Origin: a virus
Taxonomy: Duplodnaviria; Caudoviricetes
Length of the DNA: 64,000 bases
Strand: one strand, 5' to 3'
IMG/VR virus record: IMGVR_UViG_2974796119_000001
Location: 14,834-78,833 of that record
Position 1 is the stretch's first letter, and every line of letters starts with the position of its first letter. The translations under genes and the position numbers were made by a program. A model generated the notes under the pieces. It saw nothing but the letters and a program-made list of their open reading frames with translations. It searched no databases and was not told where the DNA came from. Shown here piece after piece: positions 56,298-62,197 of the stretch.

Positions 56298-56680
56298 TGG
56301 GAAAATTTTATAAACAAAAAAAAATTGTTATTCCAATTTACGGACAGGATATGTATTTCATAGATACTAACGATTGTGATAAATTAAATAATACACACGC
56401 TACAGAGGAAGAGAAAGAACCTTATGCGGTAGCACTTACTTTATATAAATATAAAAACGGTGACAGCAACGCTTACTATGCTATTGTGTTAAATACTAAA
56501 AGTTCACACGGAAAACCCAGTATTGGAGTTCTAGCGCATGAATGTTTACATATAGTAAATATGATTTCACATAATCTTGGTATGAAACCAGATTTCAAAA
56601 ACGATGAACCTCAAGCTTATTTATTAGATTATTTAGTAGATAAAGCAATGAAGTTTTATTATCCAAAAACATTAATATAA
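56297..56680 (+). CDS. small zincin metallopeptidase
   Basis: LAHECLH...DEPQAYL. Confidence 0.75.
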   Translation: MGKFYKQKKIVIPIYGQDMYFIDTNDCDKLNNTHATEEEKEPYAVALTLYKYKNGDSNAYYAIVLNTKSSHGKPSIGVLAHECLHIVNMISHNLGMKPDFKNDEPQAYLLDYLVDKAMKFYYPKTLI

Positions 56681-56825
56681 TAATGAAAAAGTTTATTAAA
56701 TACTACTTAATATTAATTTTGTTTAGTTTTACCTTACTGTTATTAAGTAGTTTTTTAAAGTAAAATATTTAAGGAGGTTGCGGAAAATCCTAAATAGAGT
56801 ACGCACATTTTAAAACAATTATATT

Positions 56826-57113
56826 ATGAATAACGAATTATTTGATTTTTCACAAGACATGACAAAAGAACAATCTTTAGAACAAAACGTAAAATGCGAC
56901 AAGCAGTTAAGAGTTAATTTAGATGATGAATTACAAAGATTAAAAGGCTTGACTCCATCAAGAGAACGTTCTTTAGCTATTACAAACTTACAACAGTCTA
57001 TTATGTGGTTAGGAATGGATTTAAAACGATTAAATGAAGCAACACCTTATCCTGATAGCTATAAGCCAGAGAACACTAAAATAGCACCAACAGCAGACGA
57101 ACTTAAACTATAA
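56826..57113 (+). CDS. Acb2/Tad1-like helical-hairpin protein (putative signal sponge)
   Basis: PSRERSLAITNLQQSIMWL. Confidence 0.6.
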   Translation: MNNELFDFSQDMTKEQSLEQNVKCDKQLRVNLDDELQRLKGLTPSRERSLAITNLQQSIMWLGMDLKRLNEATPYPDSYKPENTKIAPTADELKL

Positions 57114-57130
57114 ACTAAATATAAATAATT

Positions 57131-57397
57131 ATGGAATTAGTAAATTTTGGAGAAGCGATTAAAGCTCTTAAAGAAGGTAAACGTGTACAACGTCAAGGAT
57201 GGAATGGTAAAGGAATGTATCTTTATTTAGTTAAAGGACAAAGCTTTCCTTCATTAACAGAACACGCTAAAAAAGAGTTTGGAGAAAACACACCTTACAG
57301 ACCTTACATGGCTTTAAAAACAGCCCAAAACGATATAGCAACATGGTCACCAAGTGGTAGCGATGCTTTAGCTGACGACTGGATAGTATTAGATTAA
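57131..57397 (+). CDS. tad2: DUF2829/Tad2 family anti-defence sponge
   Basis: NFGEAIKALKEGKRVQRQGWNGKGMYL...WSPSGSDALADDW. Confidence 0.85.
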   Translation: MELVNFGEAIKALKEGKRVQRQGWNGKGMYLYLVKGQSFPSLTEHAKKEFGENTPYRPYMALKTAQNDIATWSPSGSDALADDWIVLD

Positions 57398-57425
57398 TTA
57401 AATTATTAAATAAAAAACAATAATC

Positions 57426-57965
57426 ATGACGAAAGCAACCAAAAAAACAGAAGTAAAAAAAGTAATTGAACAATCTAAACCAGGTACTCCAATGCCTGCT
57501 TTTGAAAAATTCACTAGAAAAGGTGTTTCAGAAATGAGGCCTTATGTTTTAGGTGAGGACTTAACCGGTGTTTCAGTATCTAAAGAAGATAACCCTGAAA
57601 AAGATATGGGTATGATAGCTAGAAACCCAAAAAATCATAAAGACCAATGGTATGTAGCTAAAGCTTATTTTGATGAAAACCTACAACCTGAAGAAGTAGA
57701 TGCTTCTAAATTAGCAGAAAAATCAGCAACAGAACCTAATTTTTACGATAGATTATTAATCGAAAAAGAACAGTTAGAAGAAAAAACAGTAGGTCTTAAA
57801 ACTTTTATTGACTCAAATCCTGTTTACGGAAAGTTAGATCAAGTTCAAAAAAACTTAATGCTTATACAGCTCAAATCAATGAAGCAATACCTTGACTGCT
57901 TAGACAGAAGAGAAATGATGTTAAGACCTGCAGTAGAAGAAACCCTGCCAACACAAGAGGATTAG
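57426..57965 (+). CDS. two-domain protein: small beta domain plus crAss001_48-like helical hairpin
   Basis: MIARNPKNHKDQWYV; FYDRLLIEKEQLEEK...QLKSMKQYLDCLDRR. Confidence 0.6.
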   Translation: MTKATKKTEVKKVIEQSKPGTPMPAFEKFTRKGVSEMRPYVLGEDLTGVSVSKEDNPEKDMGMIARNPKNHKDQWYVAKAYFDENLQPEEVDASKLAEKSATEPNFYDRLLIEKEQLEEKTVGLKTFIDSNPVYGKLDQVQKNLMLIQLKSMKQYLDCLDRREMMLRPAVEETLPTQED

Positions 57966-57985
57966 GTTTATTCAAAAAGTTTAAC

Positions 57986-58075
57986 TACATTTGATTAAGC
58001 ATACTTTTTTAAAGTCATTCTTTTTCATAGCAATTTTTTTTTATCCTTTCAGTTAATTCTGGAAGGATTTTTTTA
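57986..58075 (+). ncRNA. candidate small RNA (promoter, U-rich body, terminator)
   Basis: TACATTTG (57986-57993); CTTTTTCATAGC; terminator ATCCTTTCAG/CTGGAAGGAT plus T-run. Confidence 0.55.
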
Positions 58076-58091
58076 TTCAATATAATTGTTA

Positions 58092-58099
58092 TATGTTTG
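58092..58099 (+). promoter_or_regulatory. -7 promoter element of tRNA block 1
   Basis: TATGTTTG. Confidence 0.7.
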
Positions 58100-58103
58100 C
58101 CGT

Positions 58104-58166
58104 ATGAAAACAAAATTATATTCATATAGCTGTTTTAGTTCTTGGTTTAAAAACCGAGCAGGATAA
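58104..58166 (+). CDS. attenuator leader peptide 1 (MKTKLYSYSCFSSWFKNRAG)
   Basis: 10 consecutive Tyr/Ser/Cys/Phe/Trp codons; last codons AGCAGGAT complementary to the terminator 5' arm. Confidence 0.8.
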   Translation: MKTKLYSYSCFSSWFKNRAG

Positions 58167-58191
58167 CTATTTGTAATATTTAAACATATAT

Positions 58192-58226
58192 AAAAAGTCC
58201 TGCTATCATAGTAGGACTTTTTTTTA
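58192..58226 (+). terminator. attenuator terminator 1
   Basis: AAAAAGTCCTGCT-ATCAT-AGTAGGACTTTTT plus T-run, directly before tRNA-Tyr. Confidence 0.85.
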
Positions 58227-58227
58227 T

Positions 58228-58296
58228 GGGAGTAATTCTAAGGAGAAACCGAGATTGTAACCCTCCAAATAGTAAGTTCGATTCTTGCTACTCCCA
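58228..58296 (+). tRNA. tRNA-Tyr(GTA), atypical
   Basis: acceptor GGGAGTA/TACTCCC, T-arm GTAAG-TTCGATT-CTTGC, loop TTGTAAC; 4-nt D-loop, weak anticodon stem, short variable loop. Confidence 0.65.
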
Positions 58297-58303
58297 CAAA
58301 AAC

Positions 58304-58371
58304 ACATCTAAGCCTATGGAGGCAAGCGGATTCCAAACTCGTAGAACAGAGTTCGACTCTTTGTAGATGTG
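58304..58371 (+). tRNA. tRNA-Trp(CCA)
   Basis: acceptor ACATCTA/TAGATGT, loop TTCCAAA, G73; 4-nt D-loop. Confidence 0.75.
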
Positions 58372-58376
58372 CTAAT

Positions 58377-58449
58377 GGTTTTATAGCTCAGTTGGTAGAG
58401 CGTCAGGTTGAAGACCTGAGCGTCATTGGTTCGAATCCAATTAAAACCA
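58377..58449 (+). tRNA. tRNA-Phe(GAA)
   Basis: canonical cloverleaf, TCAGG-TTGAAGA-CCTGA. Confidence 0.95.
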
Positions 58450-58453
58450 CTAT

Positions 58454-58543
58454 AGAAGAATAAGCCGAGTTGGTCTATCGGCAGCGCACTTGAAATGCGT
58501 CAATCCTTAAAAGGGTGTGTGAGTTCGAGTCTCACTTCTTCTG
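58454..58543 (+). tRNA. tRNA-Ser(TGA)
   Basis: long variable arm, GCGCA-CTTGAAA-TGCGT, G73. Confidence 0.95.
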
Positions 58544-58548
58544 CAAAA

Positions 58549-58622
58549 GTTTTCGTAGTCAAGCGGTCCAAGACAGATGATTGCAACCCTGAAGGTCACC
58601 AGTTCGAATCTGGTCGAAAACT
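58549..58622 (+). tRNA. tRNA-Cys(GCA) with disrupted anticodon stem
   Basis: acceptor GTTTTCG/CGAAAAC, U73, loop TTGCAAC; GATGA/CCTGA barely pairs. Confidence 0.65.
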
Positions 58623-58626
58623 CTAT

Positions 58627-58709
58627 AGGAAGGTGGCAGAGTGGTAATGCAGCGTCCTGCTAAGACGTAGAACCGAAAGGTTCCCTGAGTTCGAATCTCA
58701 GTCTTCCTG
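58627..58709 (+). tRNA. tRNA-Ser(GCT)
   Basis: long variable arm, GCGTC-CTGCTAA-GACGT, G73. Confidence 0.95.
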
Positions 58710-58741
58710 CAAATTTTATTTTGCTATCTAATAAAAAAGAT

Positions 58742-58749
58742 TATATTTG
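58742..58749 (+). promoter_or_regulatory. -7 promoter element of tRNA block 2
   Basis: TATATTTG. Confidence 0.75.
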
Positions 58750-58753
58750 CAGT

Positions 58754-58825
58754 ATGAAAACAAATAATTTACATATACAACAAAATAACCTACCGGTATT
58801 CCTGGAAGGATTTCTGTATATGTAA
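58754..58825 (+). CDS. attenuator leader peptide 2 (MKTNNLHIQQNNLPVFLEGFLYM)
   Basis: sensor run AAT AAT TTA CAT ATA CAA CAA AAT AAC CTA CCG; TGGAAGGATTT (58803-58813) complementary to the terminator 5' arm. Confidence 0.8.
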   Translation: MKTNNLHIQQNNLPVFLEGFLYM

Positions 58826-58850
58826 GTGAAACAAAATACGCTTGTCATAC

Positions 58851-58883
58851 AAATCCTTCCAATTAATTTTGGAAGGATTTTTT
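58851..58883 (+). terminator. attenuator terminator 2
   Basis: AAATCCTTCCAA-TTAATT-TTGGAAGGATTT plus T-run. Confidence 0.85.
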
Positions 58884-58927
58884 CATTTCTAGTGGTCAAG
58901 TATAATGTTCAATTCATTTAAAACGAC

Positions 58928-58935
58928 TATATTTG
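58928..58935 (+). promoter_or_regulatory. -7 promoter element of the HNH gene
   Basis: TATATTTG. Confidence 0.65.
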
Positions 58936-58958
58936 TATTGAACATTTATAGTTGAATA

Positions 58959-59465
58959 ATGAAACAAGATATTTTAAGATTAAGAAAAGAAGGTAAAACA
59001 TATACAGAGATACAAAATTCTTTAGGTTGCTCTAGGGGAACAATATCATATCACTGTGGTAAAGGTCAGAAAGAGAAAACAAAAGCCAGAACCATTAAAA
59101 ATCGAAGGAATACTAAAAGTAAAATATTAAGAAAAATAGATTTATTTATAAATAGAAATTCTGATAATAAATTATCATACAGAAAGAGGAGTGAGATACA
59201 CGTGAAAATGTTAAATAAAGTTTTAGACAATCCTATCTGTTATTTAACAGGTAAAGAAATAAATTTACATGAATCAGAATCTTATAATTTAGATCACATA
59301 ATACCATTTAGCAAAGGAGGTGAAAATACTTTAAGTAATATGGGCTTAACAAGTAAAGACGCTAATCATTCTAAAAGTTATTTAACATTTAATGAATATA
59401 TTAACTTATGTAAAGATGTTTTAAACAACAATGGATATAAAGTATCGAAACGAGTAATGGACTAA
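58959..59465 (+). CDS. HNH homing endonuclease with N-terminal HTH, inside the tRNA cluster
   Basis: GKTYTEIQNSLGCSRGTISYH; LDHIIPFSKGGENTLSNM...ANHSK. Confidence 0.9.
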   Translation: MKQDILRLRKEGKTYTEIQNSLGCSRGTISYHCGKGQKEKTKARTIKNRRNTKSKILRKIDLFINRNSDNKLSYRKRSEIHVKMLNKVLDNPICYLTGKEINLHESESYNLDHIIPFSKGGENTLSNMGLTSKDANHSKSYLTFNEYINLCKDVLNNNGYKVSKRVMD

Positions 59466-59525
59466 TTGGTAAGTCGCCTACTTTGGATGTAGGACATCAT
59501 GCAGGTTCGAGTCCTGCTTACTCGA
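59451..59525 (+). tRNA. tRNA-Pro(TGG)
   Basis: acceptor CGAGTAA/TTACTCG, CCTAC-TTTGGAT-GTAGG. Confidence 0.9.
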
Positions 59526-59585
59526 CGAAGTAGATTGTTACTAATTCATAGACTGGGCGAAAAATCAGAGCATAGAATTAGACAT

Positions 59586-59657
59586 TGAGATATGGTGTAA
59601 TTGGTAACACACGTGCTTTTGGCGCACGCATTTTAGGTTCGAGTCCTTGTATCTCAA
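59586..59657 (+). tRNA. tRNA-Gln(TTG)
   Basis: T1-A72, CGTGC-TTTTGGC-GCACG. Confidence 0.9.
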
Positions 59658-59663
59658 CAAAAT

Positions 59664-59737
59664 GGTCTTTTAGCTCAGTTGGTTAGAGCAATCCCCTCAT
59701 AAGGGATAGGTCACAGGTTCGAATCCTGTACAGACCA
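59664..59737 (+). tRNA. tRNA with CAT anticodon, probably Ile2 (lysidine, reads ATA)
   Basis: ATCCC-CTCATAA-GGGAT; no initiator features; leader 2 contains ATA. Confidence 0.8.
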
Positions 59738-59746
59738 CATTAAAAA

Positions 59747-59819
59747 GGGTTATTAGCTCAGTCGGTAGAGCAGGACGCTGTTAACGTCAAGGTCATAGGT
59801 TCGAATCCTTTATAACCCG
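59747..59819 (+). tRNA. tRNA-Asn(GTT)
   Basis: GGACG-CTGTTAA-CGTCA, G73. Confidence 0.93.
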
Positions 59820-59825
59820 CTAAAT

Positions 59826-59899
59826 GCTTCGATGATGGAAATGGCTTACATGATCGGCTTAGACCCGATTTTATACGAGTTCGAATCTCGTTCGAAGTA
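59826..59899 (+). tRNA. tRNA-Leu(TAG) with short variable loop
   Basis: ATCGG-CTTAGAC-CCGAT, 5-nt variable loop TTTAT, A73. Confidence 0.75.
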
Positions 59900-59913
59900 C
59901 TAAAGTTTAGAGC

Positions 59914-59945
59914 AAAAAAAAAGAAGCACGAATCACCATGCTTCT
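59914..59945 (-). terminator. intrinsic terminator of the leftward operon
   Basis: minus strand AGAAGCATG-GTGATT-CGTGCTTCT plus T-run. Confidence 0.85.
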
Positions 59946-60008
59946 AAAACAACCTTAAAAATTACGGTATAATGAAAAAAATACACGCTATATAAGGTTA
60001 CAAATATA
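59914..60008 (-). ncRNA. candidate small RNA on the minus strand
   Basis: TATATTTG (60008-60001) about 80 nt upstream of the terminator, with a U-rich body. Confidence 0.45.
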
Positions 60009-60047
60009 TAGATTTATAAGGGTAGCATCAAATAAAGTTACTAACAC

Positions 60048-60284
60048 CTATATAAACTCAGTATTACAAGTATCACATACGTAACAATCCATTTCTGCAG
60101 CATTAACAATAGTTTTATCATGGTACAGGACACCTTCGGGACAATGAGGACACTTATCACTTGTAAATAGATTAAATAGCTTAGGGAGTCTATTTTTAAT
60201 TAAAGAATTAATTTTTACAATAACAACAGAAAGTAATCCGCATCCTGCGAGTAAAACCAATACTAAGTTTAATGTATCATTCAT
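60048..60284 (-). CDS. membrane-anchored zinc-ribbon protein
   Basis: TM helix plus CPHC...CDTC; start set at ATG 60284, just after the upstream stop. Confidence 0.65.
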   Translation of the reverse strand: MNDTLNLVLVLLAGCGLLSVVIVKINSLIKNRLPKLFNLFTSDKCPHCPEGVLYHDKTIVNAAEMDCYVCDTCNTEFI

Positions 60285-60285
60285 A

Positions 60286-60768
60286 TTATTTATGGTATTT
60301 AGATTTGTTATCAAGAATATCTATTGTAGGTTTTTTAATAACAGGAATATTATTCCATCCTGCTATTCTTCGTTTACCAAAGCTATAACCCTGAGCCTCT
60401 TGGTATTCAACCATGGCCTTATTAATATCTTTTCTATTCTGAGGTGTTAAGTAAGGATTGTCAAACGGACCAAATACACCTTGCTTTTCTGAAATTGATG
60501 TTATATCGTTCCATGCTTTTTCTATATCTTTAAATGATATGTCACGTAAAGGTGTTGGAGATTCTGCAACTGCTTTTTCTAATTGAGCAAATAAACCGCC
60601 AGTACATACAAAGCCATCTTTATCTGTTTCTGTATTTTCGTGGCAAGGTGTTTTAAATACAACAGGTGTTTTATTAATTTTAGCTAGTAAAAAAACTTTA
60701 CCAACACATGAAGGTTTACCAATATGCGCTGCTATTCCTATGTGTTTTAATTTTTTATTTATTGCCAT
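60286..60768 (-). CDS. hypothetical protein with major-capsid-like motifs
   Basis: TGGLFAQLE...I...W and FGKRRI versus capsid TQGLFDNLE...I...W and FGKKRI. Confidence 0.6.
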   Translation of the reverse strand: MAINKKLKHIGIAAHIGKPSCVGKVFLLAKINKTPVVFKTPCHENTETDKDGFVCTGGLFAQLEKAVAESPTPLRDISFKDIEKAWNDITSISEKQGVFGPFDNPYLTPQNRKDINKAMVEYQEAQGYSFGKRRIAGWNNIPVIKKPTIDILDNKSKYHK

Positions 60769-61339
60769 CTTTTAAACATTTAGGTTCAATAGTAAATCCT
60801 TCGGTACAAGTAAACATACACTCTTCATTACAACCTACACATGGTCTTTTATATCCATTAATATAAAATGGACTCATATCAGGTTTAAATACAATCTCAG
60901 GAATAATATCACCTTCAGGAACAACATCATTATAACCTTTACCTGCAGGAACAAGCCAATTAACTTTACCGTAGATTTCAAAATGAAAGACTACCTTTTT
61001 AGGAACCTCTTTTATTAAGCCAAAATCTAAAGCCATTCGGTAATTAGAACTGCTTTTACGCAAACGATCTAACTGTAAACTTATTTCGTTTCGGAACTGC
61101 TCAAGATTAAAAGTAGATTTCCATCTATTGCATCTGGCACAGCTTGGATTATAATTGCTTTCTTCATCAATACCTTTAACAACATTCATTTTAAGGCAAT
61201 CTTCTTCAGTATCATTTCTATACAATGGTTTTATATGGTCCACTTGCATTTTATCATACTCCAGTTTCTTTCCGCAATAAGCACATTGACAACCGTACTT
61301 ATTCCAAACCCTTTTTCTAATTTCTTTTTTATTTGCCAT
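60755..61339 (-). CDS. HNH endonuclease
   Basis: CAYCG...MQVDHIKP...NYNPSCARCNRWK. Confidence 0.9.
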   Translation of the reverse strand: MANKKEIRKRVWNKYGCQCAYCGKKLEYDKMQVDHIKPLYRNDTEEDCLKMNVVKGIDEESNYNPSCARCNRWKSTFNLEQFRNEISLQLDRLRKSSSNYRMALDFGLIKEVPKKVVFHFEIYGKVNWLVPAGKGYNDVVPEGDIIPEIVFKPDMSPFYINGYKRPCVGCNEECMFTCTEGFTIEPKCLKDGNK

Positions 61340-61766
61340 AATTTTTATTAAGTTGTTTTTTATAAGAATTAGTTACGTCCAGTAAAACATCTTCAATTTC
61401 ATCTTCATCAAACTCTATATTGTCTTCTATAGCTACTTTCAGCATTTTAATACTATCGTCAATACTTATCTTAGTACTTGGCTCATAACCTTGCACTACA
61501 TAGTTGAGGTCTTTTAAGTAGCTTTTTACGCTATAATACATTTTTAAGTCAATATTAGCCCAACCGATGTTTGTTCTATGCCCAATAGTTTTTAAATCAC
61601 CTTCTTCATGGTTTAGTAATATCCAAACACAGTTATTGGCCCCAAGCATAATCTGATTTTTATCTACTACTGTTTCAAAAGTATTAAAGTTAAAAATATA
61701 GTTATTATTAATTAAAGAAGCTACATGAAATAACTCTTCTTTTTTTAGTTCAGTTATCTTTTTCAT
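61329..61766 (-). CDS. hypothetical protein
   Basis: 145-aa ORF in operon. Confidence 0.7.
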   Translation of the reverse strand: MKKITELKKEELFHVASLINNNYIFNFNTFETVVDKNQIMLGANNCVWILLNHEEGDLKTIGHRTNIGWANIDLKMYYSVKSYLKDLNYVVQGYEPSTKISIDDSIKMLKVAIEDNIEFDEDEIEDVLLDVTNSYKKQLNKNYGK

Positions 61767-61775
61767 TAGTTACCC

Positions 61776-62192
61776 CTATCTTTCTTTTTTTTCTACTATT
61801 TTATAATACTTACTTGTATGAAGTGGATTAATAATAAACCACTTTTTATGAGGTGTGGGGATCAACAACTCAAATTCTACAAACTTTCTTTTTGTCTCTA
61901 CAAATACCCTATCGCTGCATACTTCCTGGAAGTCCGGATAAGTAAGAAAAACAACACCACTTTTTACATAATCTCTACTTTGCTTTATAGTAGTCATTAT
62001 AGCGGTCCATAAGTAAACTTCTATTGGGCTAAACTCAGCCACAAGTATTTCATCTAAAACATTGCTTCTACTGTACTTTCCTACGTGACTAGCGTAGCTA
62101 TACCAAATCTCATCTTTTTCTTCTCCACAGCGGTATTTCTTACCTTCCCAGTACTCTACAACAAAATCTCTTACAGCTTCGCTTATACTCAT
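61776..62192 (-). CDS. RepL-like winged-helix protein
   Basis: EVYLWTAIM...FVETKRKFVEFELL...WFIINP. Confidence 0.45.
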   Translation of the reverse strand: MSISEAVRDFVVEYWEGKKYRCGEEKDEIWYSYASHVGKYSRSNVLDEILVAEFSPIEVYLWTAIMTTIKQSRDYVKSGVVFLTYPDFQEVCSDRVFVETKRKFVEFELLIPTPHKKWFIINPLHTSKYYKIVEKKER

Positions 62193-62197
62193 ACTTA

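Noticed and set aside
56683-56745. 20-aa hydrophobic micro-ORF MKKFIKYYLILILFSLPYCY
   Set aside because: Has an ATG after the previous stop but is too short to support without conservation data.
56771-56815. Known riboswitch (superficial likeness to NAD+-II or preQ1 motifs)
   Set aside because: The required stems do not form convincingly; kept only as an unassigned structure.
59826-59899. Amber suppressor tRNA or stop-codon recoding
   Set aside because: Anticodon TAG reads CTA (Leu); an amber suppressor needs CTA. Long genes are intact under code 11.
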